A stretch of 64,000 nucleotides of DNA from an uncultured PS1 clade bacterium (GTDB lineage: Bacteria; Pseudomonadota; Alphaproteobacteria; MED-G09): contig CACBCD010000002.1 in the NCBI GenBank assembly GCA_902537725.1, forward strand, positions 67,920 through 131,919. Reading direction: 5' to 3'. Numbering within the stretch: position 1 is the first letter of the stretch; each line of letters opens with the position of its first letter. The position numbers were made by a program, and so were the translations under genes. This document shows, piece after piece, positions 46,368 through 56,757 of this stretch. The notes under the pieces were generated by a model. The model saw only the letters and a program-made list of their open reading frames with translations, was not told the DNA's origin and ran no database searches.

Positions 46368-46877
46368 ATGTACTTAATAAAACTTTTCTTTGCTTTGGTT
46401 GTAGCTTTTTTATTTTCTACAACAATTACAAGTATTTTTATACTTTTTCAAAACACTATCTGGAATATATTTTGGTTGAAAACCCAGGGCTTTGATGTTT
46501 CTTTTTTTATTTTAATTGACTCACTTTTACATGATCTTCGAGGCGGTCTTACGCCAATCCTAATTCAATGGGGTGTACCTATAAATATGTATGCTGTAAT
46601 TTTTATTGCATTATTTTTTGGTTATTTTTTAACAGCTATTATAAGATTAATTATACCCATTAATTCGATATTTTCTTATGGTTTTGCCGGTTTTCTGAGC
46701 GTTTATGCAATTATCTTTTTTACAAAGATGACTTTTGATGAAATTGTTTTGATTTCAAGTGCAAGAGAACCGTTGGGACTATTGATATTTTGTTTAATTG
46801 GATCTATCGGAGGAATATTTTTTAATCAGTTCAAAGAAAATTTTTTAAGGATTCTTATTAATGAAAAAAATACATAA
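46368..46877 (+). CDS. Hypothetical multi-pass membrane protein
   Basis: About 4-5 hydrophobic segments and no recognisable motif. It is packed tightly between its flanking genes. Confidence 0.35.
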   Translation: MYLIKLFFALVVAFLFSTTITSIFILFQNTIWNIFWLKTQGFDVSFFILIDSLLHDLRGGLTPILIQWGVPINMYAVIFIALFFGYFLTAIIRLIIPINSIFSYGFAGFLSVYAIIFFTKMTFDEIVLISSAREPLGLLIFCLIGSIGGIFFNQFKENFLRILINEKNT

Positions 46878-47982
46878 ATTTATACTTGTTTTCACAATCT
46901 TTTTTTCACTGAATTTCTATGCGAATGCAAAAGATAATAATTATAAACTTGAGACCTTATATGATGGCCTTGATATGCCCTGGGATATTGATTTTCTTCC
47001 CAACGGAGACTTTTTAATTTCTGAATTAACAGGAAAATTAAAAATCTATAATCCAAGCTTGAAAACATTCACTACAGTATCAAATCTTCCCTCAGTTTTA
47101 GTGAAAAGTCAGGGTGGGTTATCTGATATTGAATTACATCCAGATTTTGAAACAAATAATCTTATTTATTTTTCATATTCAATTAAAACAAATGAAGGAA
47201 ATACTCTTCGTGTATCAAGAGCTAAACTTCTTGATAATGCCCTAAGTAAGATGGAGGTTATTTTTACAGCAAATGCTTTTAGAGAGACTTCTGCTCATTA
47301 TGGAGCAAGATTATTATTTTTGAATGATAGTACTTTACTGATTTCATCAGGAGATGGTTTTAACCATAGGGAGAAAGCTCAATATTTAGATAATCATTTT
47401 GGTAAAATAGTTAGAATTAATGACGATGGAACAATACCAAGCAATAATCCATTTTCTAGAAAAGATAAAGCACTTAGAGATATTTTTACCTATGGCCATA
47501 GAAACCAACAGGGCCTTACAAAAGATATTAATGGGATTATTTATAGTCACGAACATGGTCCAAAAGGGGGTGATGAGTTGAATATAATTAATCCAGGTTT
47601 GAATTATGGATGGCCAGCAATTACCTATGGCATTGATTATAATGGTTCAATTATTTCACCATTTAAGAGAAAGGAGGGAATGGAACAACCAATAAAATAT
47701 TGGACACCCTCCATAGCTGTATCAGATATGACTTTCTATTATGGTGATCTATTTCCTGAATGGTATGGTAATCTCTTTATTTCAGCTTTATCACCTGGTG
47801 ATGTTAGAAAATTGGTAATTAGCGATAATAAAGTTGTTTCTGAAGATATTATGTTTAAAGAGATTGGTTCAAGAATAAGGAGTATAAAGTCATCAAATAA
47901 TGGTGATTTAATTATTTTAACAGATGGTAGAGGAAAGAAAAATTCTGGTAAAATAATTAGAGTTTTACCAAATAAATTATAG
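46861..47982 (+). CDS. PQQ-dependent sugar dehydrogenase (soluble aldose dehydrogenase, YliI/sorbosone dehydrogenase family)
   Basis: Signal peptide, then PWDIDFLPNGD .. GGLSDIELHP .. YGHRNQQGL .. HGPKGGDELN .. NYGWP. Confidence 0.75.
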   Translation: MKKIHKFILVFTIFFSLNFYANAKDNNYKLETLYDGLDMPWDIDFLPNGDFLISELTGKLKIYNPSLKTFTTVSNLPSVLVKSQGGLSDIELHPDFETNNLIYFSYSIKTNEGNTLRVSRAKLLDNALSKMEVIFTANAFRETSAHYGARLLFLNDSTLLISSGDGFNHREKAQYLDNHFGKIVRINDDGTIPSNNPFSRKDKALRDIFTYGHRNQQGLTKDINGIIYSHEHGPKGGDELNIINPGLNYGWPAITYGIDYNGSIISPFKRKEGMEQPIKYWTPSIAVSDMTFYYGDLFPEWYGNLFISALSPGDVRKLVISDNKVVSEDIMFKEIGSRIRSIKSSNNGDLIILTDGRGKKNSGKIIRVLPNKL

Positions 47983-47998
47983 GTTTTAAAAGTATTTA

Positions 47999-48682
47999 AT
48001 GATTATTCAATGCCCATCATGTGGTACAAATTTTTTTTTAGATGAAAAAAAATTTAATGGATCACCTAAAAAATTAAAATGTTCAAGATGTTCATTTATT
48101 TGGACTTCGTCTTCAAAAGGTGAACCAATTGATGTTCCTAAATTATTTGAACCCTCTTCAACACAAGGATTGAAAGTTAAAGATGAAAACCAAGAAAAAT
48201 TTGATAAAAATATAAAACCCGATCATCCTCTACCGGTTTTATTTAATAAACCAAAAACAAATAAATCAGATTTTATTTTTTGGATTTTATTACTATTATT
48301 ATTTGGCTCTTTTATTTTTGGATGGAATAAGAGAGTATTACTTGTAAGTAAATTCCCCTCTATTTCACCTATTATAGAAATCTTTGATCCCTCAATAAAG
48401 TTTAGAGGTATAGAAATTAACAATTTATCAAGTAGGGTATCTTCTAATCAGGATGGTTCTCCATTAATAGTTTCTGGTTCACTTATAAATCAAGAAAATT
48501 ATATTAGAAAAGTACCCTCTGTAACCGTAATCATAGAGAGTGATGATAGAACAGTGTTAATGAGAAAAAATATTAAATTTAATAACGAGTTTTTTGACTA
48601 CTTAGAAATTAAGGATTTTGAAGTTAAGTTTGATAGTTTTCCTGAAAATGCTTCTAATATTTTTGTTGAGATTGTCGAATAG
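47999..48682 (+). CDS. MJ0042-type zinc-ribbon protein with a TM segment and DUF3426-like C-terminal domain
   Basis: MIIQCPSCGTNFFLDE...KCSRCSFIW, followed by a single TM segment (FIFWILLLLLFGSFIFGW). Confidence 0.6.
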   Translation: MIIQCPSCGTNFFLDEKKFNGSPKKLKCSRCSFIWTSSSKGEPIDVPKLFEPSSTQGLKVKDENQEKFDKNIKPDHPLPVLFNKPKTNKSDFIFWILLLLLFGSFIFGWNKRVLLVSKFPSISPIIEIFDPSIKFRGIEINNLSSRVSSNQDGSPLIVSGSLINQENYIRKVPSVTVIIESDDRTVLMRKNIKFNNEFFDYLEIKDFEVKFDSFPENASNIFVEIVE

Positions 48683-49942
48683 TTATACCCATTTTGAAAT
48701 TATATCTTTATTAATAATAGTATCTTCATCTATTCTTTTTCTAATAATTTCATATTCACCATTATTTATTAATAATTCATCAATACTCGCACGAGTGTTA
48801 TAATTTGATGATTGAACTGATCCATAAGCCCCAGTTGAACAAATTGCTAAAAAGTCACCTTCATTTATATTTTTTAAATTAATATCTTTAGCAAAAAAAT
48901 CCCCTGTTTCGCAAACAGGCCCTACAAGATCATATTTAAGTGGTTGAGAATTATCAGGTTCCTTAAGTGTCATTACCTCGTGATGAGCTCCATAAAGAGT
49001 TGGCCTAATAAAATCATTCATCCCTGCATCCACAATTGTAAAATTTTTAATACCGGATTCTTTTACATGTAGAATTTTTGTTATTAAAATTCCTGCATTA
49101 GCAGTTAAAAACCTTCCAGGCTCAATAATTATTTTACAATCTATATTGCCAAATTTATCTGATAATAATTTTCCATATTGCTCTATATCTAAAGGTATCT
49201 CGTCATTGCTATATTTTACCCCTAGACCACCTCCAACATCTATGACATCTATTTTAAAACCCTTGTCTCTAAGCATATTGGTAATTTGTTTTAAAATATC
49301 AAAGGAGTGACTAAAAGGTTCTAATTGATTTATTTGACTACCAATATGTGCATCAATTCCTTTAATTTCTATCCCGGGAAGCGAAGAAGCATATTCATAA
49401 ATTTTTAAAGAATCTTTCCAGCTTATACCAAATTTATCTTGAGCTTTACCTGTAGATATTTTCTCATTTCCGCCTGCCGAAATATCTGGATTTATTCTAA
49501 TCGCTATTGGTGCTTTTTTTGATTGTGTTACAGCCTCATTAGAAATTTTTTTTAGCTCACTTATCGATTCTACATTGAACATTAAAATATCATTTTCTAA
49601 TGCATATTTAATTTCATTGGAATTTTTACCTACCCCCGAGAAGACTATTTTATTTGGGGCAATTCCAGCCTTTTGAGCACGTTTCATCTCTCCAATTGAT
49701 ACGACATCAGCTCCTGATCCCATATTTGCAAAATTTTTAATTATAGATTGGTTGGAGTTTGACTTTACAGCATAACAAATTTCATAATTTTGAAGATTAA
49801 TTGCATCATTTAAAGATTTATATTGATCTTTTAGATAATTAAGTGAATAGCAATAAAAGGGTGTTTCTATTTCTTTTGTAATGTCTTTTATGATTAAGTT
49901 ATCAAAAGTAAGATTACCTTTTTCATAATCTAAATTAGTCAT
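48683..49942 (-). CDS. lysA: Diaminopimelate decarboxylase
   Basis: The PLP-lysine region YAVKSNSN, GGGLGV, and EPGR. Confidence 0.9.
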   Translation of the reverse strand: MTNLDYEKGNLTFDNLIIKDITKEIETPFYCYSLNYLKDQYKSLNDAINLQNYEICYAVKSNSNQSIIKNFANMGSGADVVSIGEMKRAQKAGIAPNKIVFSGVGKNSNEIKYALENDILMFNVESISELKKISNEAVTQSKKAPIAIRINPDISAGGNEKISTGKAQDKFGISWKDSLKIYEYASSLPGIEIKGIDAHIGSQINQLEPFSHSFDILKQITNMLRDKGFKIDVIDVGGGLGVKYSNDEIPLDIEQYGKLLSDKFGNIDCKIIIEPGRFLTANAGILITKILHVKESGIKNFTIVDAGMNDFIRPTLYGAHHEVMTLKEPDNSQPLKYDLVGPVCETGDFFAKDINLKNINEGDFLAICSTGAYGSVQSSNYNTRASIDELLINNGEYEIIRKRIDEDTIINKDIISKWV

Positions 49943-50078
49943 AATTTTCTTCCATTATAAAATCAAAATGTAAGACTTGGTTGAAATTTTGTGGTGGTAA
50001 TAAATCTCCTTTTCTTCCACAACTAATCAAAGTTATTAAAATTATGAGCATAATAAATGATTTCTTTTTATTTATCAT
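49935..50078 (-). CDS. lptM: Small lipoprotein, LptM/YifL(LppL)-like, 47 aa, below the ORF-track size cutoff
   Basis: My translation is MINKKKSFIMLIILITLISCGRKGDLLPPQNFNQVLHFDFIMEENYD*. It has a lipobox LISC followed by the CGxKGxLxxP motif. The ATG at 50078 lies inside the last 11 nt of argH. The TAA overlaps the first 8 nt of lysA. Confidence 0.6.
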   Translation of the reverse strand: MINKKKSFIMLIILITLISCGRKGDLLPPQNFNQVLHFDFIMEENYD

Positions 50079-51471
50079 TTTCAAGTCTCTTTATCCACTG
50101 ATTAGCTTGTTTTAAAACATTTTTTGATGATGTACCGCCTTCAGATATTTTTCTTTCAACAGAATCTCTAACATTTAGAGCTTTATATATATTTTTATTA
50201 ATTCTTTTGTCTATTTTTTTTAGTTCCTCTATATCTATTTGATCAAAGTCAATATTTTTATCAATACATATTTTTACAATTCTACCTGTGATTTCGTGAG
50301 CTGTTCTAAAAGGAATATTCAAATTCTGTACAAGCCAATCAGCAAGATCAGTAGCAGTTGAAAATTGCGAAGCAGCAGCTAATTCCATATTCTTTTTATT
50401 TATTTTTAATGAAGTTATCATCGAGGTCATGGATTGAAGGCATAACTCGAAATTTTCTAAGGCATCAAAAGTTGGTTCTTTATCTTCTTGGAGATCTTTT
50501 GAGTAGGCGAGAGGTAAACCTTTCATAACAATTGACATATTGATAAAAGAGCTAATCAACCTTCCAGTTTTCCCTCTAATAAGTTCAGCTAGGTCAGGAT
50601 TCTTTTTTTGAGGCATTATTGATGATCCAGTTGTTAGGTTATCGGGCATATCAATGAAACTAAAGCCACTAGACATCCACATTACTAACTCCTCAGCAAG
50701 TCTAGATAAATTAATTGAACAAATAGTAATGGATGAGATTGTTTCTAAAACAAAATCTCTAGATGAAACTGCATCTAATGAGTTTTGCATCGGCTTATTA
50801 AAGCCAAGAGATTTTGTAGTCATTTTTCTGTTTATTGGAAAGGAAGTACCTGATAATGCTCCTGATCCAAGTGGGTTTTCATTCAATCTTTTGTTACAAT
50901 CAATAAATCTAGTTTTATCTCTTGATAACATTTCCACATATGCGAGAAGATGATGACCAAATGTAATTGGCTGAGCAGTCTGCATATGTGTAAAACCAGG
51001 CATTAATATGTTATAACTATTTTTAGCTTTTTTCGATAATGCATATTGCAGGTTGGAAATTTCTTTTACTAATTGGTCATTCTTTTTTCTTATATAAAGT
51101 TTTAAATCAGTTACAACCTGATCGTTTCTTGATCTAGCAGTATGTAATCTTTTTGCTGGATCCCCAATTTCCTTTTGAAGTTGAGCTTCGATATTCATAT
51201 GGATATCTTCCAATTCTGGATTTAATTGGAAATTTCCTTTTTTAAATTTATTATTTATCTTTTTTAAACCCGAAATGATTGATAAGGAGTCTTTTTTGGA
51301 AATTATTTTACAACTTGCTAGCATTGTTGCGTGTGCAATTGATACTTCAATATCTTCTTCAAATAGTTTATAATCAAAATGAATTGATGAATTAACTCTT
51401 TGCAAAAGATTAGATGGTTTTGAAGTAAATCTTCCTCCCCACATCTTATTTTTTGATGGTTTTTTTTTCAT
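50068..51471 (-). CDS. argH: Argininosuccinate lyase
   Basis: MWGGRF near the N-terminus and the fumarate-lyase signature GSSIMPQKKNPD. The start could be Met1 (51471) or Met10 (51444). Confidence 0.9.
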   Translation of the reverse strand: MKKKPSKNKMWGGRFTSKPSNLLQRVNSSIHFDYKLFEEDIEVSIAHATMLASCKIISKKDSLSIISGLKKINNKFKKGNFQLNPELEDIHMNIEAQLQKEIGDPAKRLHTARSRNDQVVTDLKLYIRKKNDQLVKEISNLQYALSKKAKNSYNILMPGFTHMQTAQPITFGHHLLAYVEMLSRDKTRFIDCNKRLNENPLGSGALSGTSFPINRKMTTKSLGFNKPMQNSLDAVSSRDFVLETISSITICSINLSRLAEELVMWMSSGFSFIDMPDNLTTGSSIMPQKKNPDLAELIRGKTGRLISSFINMSIVMKGLPLAYSKDLQEDKEPTFDALENFELCLQSMTSMITSLKINKKNMELAAASQFSTATDLADWLVQNLNIPFRTAHEITGRIVKICIDKNIDFDQIDIEELKKIDKRINKNIYKALNVRDSVERKISEGGTSSKNVLKQANQWIKRLENDK

Positions 51472-51509
51472 TTTTTTTCAAACCTGTTAACAATCTTAGG
51501 CAATATCAT

Positions 51510-52076
51510 ATGCATATATCAAAAAAACCACTCTTAATAGGTCTAATCTTTATATCTTTTCTTGTTTTTCTATTTTTTATTTCTTTTGAAAGTAAAAAAA
51601 ATAACTTAAATCATGATAAAGTATTTTTTGAGCCTAATAAAGAAGCAAACCTTAGCGAAATTAATTTTTATGATATTGAAGGAAATCAATTTTTTTTAGA
51701 AAATTTTAAAGGAAAAGTTTTACTGATTAATTTATGGGCAACATGGTGTTTGCCTTGTAAAATTGAAATGCCAGCCCTGGATCGTTTACAAGAACTCATT
51801 AGTGATGAACAATTTGAGGTTATTGCCATCGCAGTTGAGAAAACCAATATTCTTAAAATTCAAGAATTCTATGAAGAAATAGATATTGAAAATTTAAAAA
51901 TTTATCATGATAGTTCAACTAAATCAGGTCTATATTCCAAAGCAAAAGGTCTTCCTTTAACAATTCTAATGGACCACGAAGGAAGAGAAGTAGGTAGAAG
52001 GGATGGGCCTTGGGAATGGGATGAAAATAGGGTTATAGAAATAATTGAGAGTTATAAGCAACTCTCAATTAATTAA
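51510..52076 (+). CDS. tlpA: Thiol:disulfide oxidoreductase, TlpA/ResA-like (membrane-anchored thioredoxin fold)
   Basis: TM anchor plus the WATWCLPCKIEMP active site. I prefer the start at ATG 51510, which avoids an antisense overlap with argH. Confidence 0.75.
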   Translation: MHISKKPLLIGLIFISFLVFLFFISFESKKNNLNHDKVFFEPNKEANLSEINFYDIEGNQFFLENFKGKVLLINLWATWCLPCKIEMPALDRLQELISDEQFEVIAIAVEKTNILKIQEFYEEIDIENLKIYHDSSTKSGLYSKAKGLPLTILMDHEGREVGRRDGPWEWDENRVIEIIESYKQLSIN

Positions 52077-53002
52077 TCTAAAGCAGCATCTAAATCTGGT
52101 ATAGCACTAAATAAGTCTGCTACAAGACCATAATCTGCTACTTGAAAGATAGGTGCTTCTTCATCTTTATTGATTGCTACAATAATCTTTGAGTCTTTCA
52201 TACCTGCTAGATGTTGTATAGCACCCGAAATACCAACAGCAATATACAGCTCAGGAGCAACAACCTTTCCAGTCTGTCCGACTTGATAATCATTGGGAAC
52301 AAATCCAGCATCAACAGCCGCTCTAGATGCACCTAATGCTGCACCTAATTTATCTGCAACACCTTCAAGAAGAACAAAATTTTCTCCAGATTGCATACCT
52401 CTTCCTCCTGATACAATGACTTTAGCAGAAGTGAGTTCAGGTCTGTCTGATTTAGTCAGTTCATCTGATATGTGTTCGGATAGTTTTTTATTTTCACTAC
52501 TATTGATGTTTTCAATAGGAGATGAGTCTTGATCTCCAACAGCTTGAAATGACGGAGCCCTTACAGTGATAACTTTTTTATTGCTCAGGGACTTTACAGT
52601 TTGAATTGCATTGCCTGCATAAATAGGGCGCTCAAAGGTTTCTGAGTCGATAACATTAATAATTTCAGAAATTTGAGGAATATCAAGTAATGCTGCTACT
52701 CTTGGCATAAAGTTTTTTCCAGTTGTTGATGCAATTGCCAGAATAGCGCTATAATCATTCGATATTGATACAACTAAATCAGCGTATGTTTCGGCCAAAT
52801 GATTTTTATATAATTCATCATCACATAAAAGAACTTTTGATACACCTGCGATTTTTGATGCATCTTCGGCTATATTTGCACAATCTTTTCCTGCAACTAA
52901 TATATGAATTTCTTCACCAATTTTAGTTGCGGCATCCATAGCTTTTTTATTTGCATCGGCAAGTATTTTATTATCATGTTCTGCAATTAATAAGGTTGTC
53001 AT
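52073..53002 (-). CDS. etfA: Electron transfer flavoprotein alpha subunit
   Basis: The C-terminal FAD-binding region [19 protein letters not shown]. Confidence 0.9.
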   Translation of the reverse strand: MTTLLIAEHDNKILADANKKAMDAATKIGEEIHILVAGKDCANIAEDASKIAGVSKVLLCDDELYKNHLAETYADLVVSISNDYSAILAIASTTGKNFMPRVAALLDIPQISEIINVIDSETFERPIYAGNAIQTVKSLSNKKVITVRAPSFQAVGDQDSSPIENINSSENKKLSEHISDELTKSDRPELTSAKVIVSGGRGMQSGENFVLLEGVADKLGAALGASRAAVDAGFVPNDYQVGQTGKVVAPELYIAVGISGAIQHLAGMKDSKIIVAINKDEEAPIFQVADYGLVADLFSAIPDLDAALD

Positions 53003-53752
53003 TTATATAACTCCTGCTTCATTTTTTAATTTATCAACTAATTCTTCAACTGTTTCAACCTTGATTCCAGCCTCTCTTTGAGCTGGTTCAGAAACTTTAA
53101 CAATTTCAAGCATTGGTGATATTTCCATATTATAGTCCTCTGGAAGTTTTTCATCTATTGGTTTTTTCTTAGCTTTCATAATATTAGGTAATGAAGCATA
53201 TCTTGGTTCATTTAGTCGAAGATCAGTAGTAATGATAGATGGAAGTGTAATTTCTAACGTTTGAAGTCCACCATCAATTTCTCTAACAACATTAGCTTTG
53301 CCGTCACTAATTTTCAACTCTGATGCAAACGTACCTTGTGACCAACCTAAAAGTGCTGCAAGCATCTGACCGGTTTGATTGCTATCATCATCAATAGCTT
53401 GTTTTCCTAAAATTATTAAATCAGGATTTTCCTCTTCACTAACTGCTTTAATTATCTTTGCAACATTTAATGGTTCAACTAATTCATCAGTTTTTACTAA
53501 AATTCCTCTGTCAGCACCCATTGCTAGGGCAGTTCTTAATGTTTCTTGTGATTGTTGAGGCCCTATAGATAAAACAACAATTTCTGAGACTGAACCTGCT
53601 TCTTTTAGTTTAATTGCCTCCTCGACAGCTATTTCGTCAAACGGATTCATGGACATTTTAACATTGGATAATTCAACGCCCGAATTATCAGATTTAACAC
53701 GAATTTTTACATTATAATCAACTACTCTTTTTATAGGTACCAGTACCTTCAT
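53003..53752 (-). CDS. etfB: Electron transfer flavoprotein beta subunit
   Basis: [20 protein letters not shown].., and its position immediately upstream of etfA. Confidence 0.9.
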   Translation of the reverse strand: MKVLVPIKRVVDYNVKIRVKSDNSGVELSNVKMSMNPFDEIAVEEAIKLKEAGSVSEIVVLSIGPQQSQETLRTALAMGADRGILVKTDELVEPLNVAKIIKAVSEEENPDLIILGKQAIDDDSNQTGQMLAALLGWSQGTFASELKISDGKANVVREIDGGLQTLEITLPSIITTDLRLNEPRYASLPNIMKAKKKPIDEKLPEDYNMEISPMLEIVKVSEPAQREAGIKVETVEELVDKLKNEAGVI

Positions 53753-53866
53753 TTTTTAATCTCCAATAAATTCAATGTATTAAGTTGCAGAAACTAAAAC
53801 CACTATTCATTTGTGTCAATCTTACAATTTAAATAGATAATATTAATTTTATAAATTAATTTATTT

Positions 53867-54463
53867 TTATTGATCTACCTTTGTTTTTCCAGGTTTCCAT
53901 AGGACATCACCTTGCCCTCCACGTTCAGTTTGATTCGCGTATCGCGCAGCTACAAAGCACAGATCTGATAATCTATTAACATATGCAAGTAATTCTTTTG
54001 AAACTGAATTTTTTTCCTTTATTGAAAGTTCTACCATTAATCTCTCGGCTCTTCTAATTGTAGTTCTTGCTAAATGAAGAAATGATGATGCTGCAGTTCC
54101 ACCAGGTAAAACAAATGATTTTAAAGGACTTAGACCTACATTAAGCTGATCAATCTCTTGCTCTAATCTGTCAATTTGTGATTGTGAAATAGATAATTGA
54201 ATATTAGCATCTTCGCTAGGAGTTGATAATTCAGCTCCTAAATCAAATAATTCATTTTGAATAGAGCTTAAAAAATTATCTAAAATAATTAACTCTGAAG
54301 TTTTTGTATATGATCTGACTACTCCAATAATAGAATTCGCCTCGTCGATTGTCCCATAGGCTTCAACTCTAATATTATTTTTAGAAATTCTTGATCCATC
54401 ACCAAGGCTTGTTAAACCTTCATCCCCAGTTTTTGTATAAATTTTATTTAATGTGACCATCAA
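53867..54463 (-). CDS. ATP:cob(I)alamin adenosyltransferase, PduO type
   Basis: IYTKTGDEGLTSL N-terminus and the helical-bundle motif VLPGG..AS.LHLARTTIRRAER. Confidence 0.8.
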   Translation of the reverse strand: MMVTLNKIYTKTGDEGLTSLGDGSRISKNNIRVEAYGTIDEANSIIGVVRSYTKTSELIILDNFLSSIQNELFDLGAELSTPSEDANIQLSISQSQIDRLEQEIDQLNVGLSPLKSFVLPGGTAASSFLHLARTTIRRAERLMVELSIKEKNSVSKELLAYVNRLSDLCFVAARYANQTERGGQGDVLWKPGKTKVDQ

Positions 54464-54969
54464 TTTATTTTCCAGGCTAATCTAAGGCCAACACTTGTTA
54501 AGCCTTGATTTGGGTCACATAAGCTTCCGTTAGACATGTGTTGTGCTGAAATTTGTAAAACTTTATTTTCTGCAATTTTATAACCAAATGCAATCATTTC
54601 TCTAAAGTTTACTTTGCATCCAAAACCTAGTTCATTATTTTTTATATCCTCTTCACCAGAGTGAAGCGCTGCTCCAAATGCTAATTCACCAGAAAATTTT
54701 CCTTTTTGAAACAAATTCCATGTTGAGCCAGCATATAATAAATGAGTATTATTTGCCAAACTTATATGGGTACCGACATGAGGTCTTCCAGCATAAGGGT
54801 GCCACCATTCAGGACGATCAAAAATTTTTTCAACTGATAAGGCTGCTCCACCCTCTATTCTTCTCTCAACATCATGCATTGAGAGACCTAATCTATACTC
54901 AGCAGCCTCTAAATCTATAAAAGGGACCAAGAAAAAGATAAGCATGAAAATTGATTTACTTTTACTCAA
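54460..54969 (-). CDS. Outer-membrane acyloxyacyl hydrolase (PagL-like lipid A deacylase family)
   Basis: Signal peptide, a small beta-barrel, and a HMSNGSL catalytic-type motif near the C-terminus. Confidence 0.5.
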   Translation of the reverse strand: MSKSKSIFMLIFFLVPFIDLEAAEYRLGLSMHDVERRIEGGAALSVEKIFDRPEWWHPYAGRPHVGTHISLANNTHLLYAGSTWNLFQKGKFSGELAFGAALHSGEEDIKNNELGFGCKVNFREMIAFGYKIAENKVLQISAQHMSNGSLCDPNQGLTSVGLRLAWKIN

Positions 54970-55051
54970 TTTGATCCTCCATAAAAATTATCATAATTTA
55001 ATTATAATTATGTATAGAATTCAATCTAATTAAGCATAAAAATTAATTTAT

Positions 55052-56686
55052 TTATCTATTGGCACTTTCCATTAGCCTTCTGGCTATAACCTGAGCTTGT
55101 ATCTCCGCAGTTCCCTCAAAAATACTCAATATTCTAGCATCAGCTAAAACTCTACTAATTGGAGTTTCGGTTGCAAATCCAATACCGCCATGAATTTGTA
55201 AAGCATTGTCGGCTGATGACCAAGCCACTCTGGCACCCAAAAGCTTTGCCATTCCAGCCTCCATATCACATCTCTGTTCTGAGTCTTTTATGTTCGCTGC
55301 ATGAAAAGTTAACTGTCTAACAATCATTGTTTCTGCAAACATCATAATTAATTTTTCACTAATTCTTGGAAAATTTATAAGTTTTTGACCAAATTGTTGC
55401 CTATCATTAGCATATTGTAATGCCAGATCGCAGGCATTCTGAGAAACTCCAATGGCTCTTGCTGCCGTTTGAATTCTTGCAGACTCAAAAGTAGACATTA
55501 GTTGAATAAAGCCTTTACCTTCTTCGTTTCCAAGTAAATTTTCCTTTGGAACTTCAAAATTATCAAATGCAATATCAAATTCCTTCATACCTCTGTAACC
55601 AATTACATTAATTTCTCCTCCACTCATTCCTTTTGCAGGGAAAAAATCATCTTCAGTTTCTCTTGGTTTTTCAGCTAAAAACATTGATAAACCTTTGTGA
55701 TCAGATTTCTCTGAGTCAGTTCTAACTAATAATGTCATTAAATCAGCTCTTGCACCGTGCGTGATCCAAGTTTTATTTCCATTAATAAGATATTTATCAC
55801 CTTTTGCATTTCCCCTTGTTTTTAGATGAGCTAAATCTGAACCTATATCAGGCTCTGAAAAAACTGCTGTAGGAAAAATTTCACCATTAGAAATTTTTGA
55901 TAAGTATTTCTGTTTTTGTTCCTCAGTTCCTCCTATTAAAATAAGTTCAGCGGCAATTTCTGATCTTGTACCCAATGAACCTACTCCAACCCAACCTCTT
56001 GAAAGCTCTTCGGAAACAATACACATAGCTTTTTTTTCTAAACCAAGACCTCCGTACTCTTCAGGAATAGTCAGACCAAAAACTCCTAAATCTGACATTT
56101 TTTTTATTATTTCAAGAGGGATATAGTCATCATTCATATGCCATTCATGAGCAAAGGGTGTTATTTCTTCATCAACAAAACGTTTAAATTGATTTTTTAT
56201 TTCTTTGTAAGTTTCGTCCAGGCCATCATCAGGTTGAATTCCAGATTCAATACTCTGCTGAAGAAGACTCATTACTCTGTTTTTCTCAAAACTAGTTGAT
56301 CTTTGAGTTAATGATTTTGTGATTTTAATAAAATCCTCTATTTGTTCTCTAGGAATCCCTAATTCATCAGGCCTTATAGTTTCATTCTGACTCATAGGTA
56401 TACCATGTATAATTTGTTGACAATATTCACCAGCACCTACGCCTGCAATACCCTCTTCTAAATCAGTTAAACGGTTATTTGATTCTAGATATTCTATCCA
56501 ATTTGATAATTGTAATAATGACTCAACGTAGGTTGCATACCACGAAAGACCATGCGCTATGTGTTGGTTTTCATTTAGAGAATTAATATCGCTTAAATTT
56601 TTATTTTTATTCCTAGCATTTGTAAAAATTTCTCTTGATTTATTATATGCATCTTTAAGTTCAATAGCTAAAGAATTTTTGCTCAT
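55052..56686 (-). CDS. Acyl-CoA dehydrogenase with an N-terminal extension
   Basis: ACAD N-terminal, middle and C-terminal domains (GSDLAHLKTR; NGNKTWITHG; IFEGTAEIQ). Confidence 0.85.
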   Translation of the reverse strand: MSKNSLAIELKDAYNKSREIFTNARNKNKNLSDINSLNENQHIAHGLSWYATYVESLLQLSNWIEYLESNNRLTDLEEGIAGVGAGEYCQQIIHGIPMSQNETIRPDELGIPREQIEDFIKITKSLTQRSTSFEKNRVMSLLQQSIESGIQPDDGLDETYKEIKNQFKRFVDEEITPFAHEWHMNDDYIPLEIIKKMSDLGVFGLTIPEEYGGLGLEKKAMCIVSEELSRGWVGVGSLGTRSEIAAELILIGGTEEQKQKYLSKISNGEIFPTAVFSEPDIGSDLAHLKTRGNAKGDKYLINGNKTWITHGARADLMTLLVRTDSEKSDHKGLSMFLAEKPRETEDDFFPAKGMSGGEINVIGYRGMKEFDIAFDNFEVPKENLLGNEEGKGFIQLMSTFESARIQTAARAIGVSQNACDLALQYANDRQQFGQKLINFPRISEKLIMMFAETMIVRQLTFHAANIKDSEQRCDMEAGMAKLLGARVAWSSADNALQIHGGIGFATETPISRVLADARILSIFEGTAEIQAQVIARRLMESANR

Positions 56687-56757
56687 ATCTATACTCCAAG
56701 ATTATTAGAATGTTGTTATCACATTTTTATAAATTATGGCTAGATCATTTTGTCACA

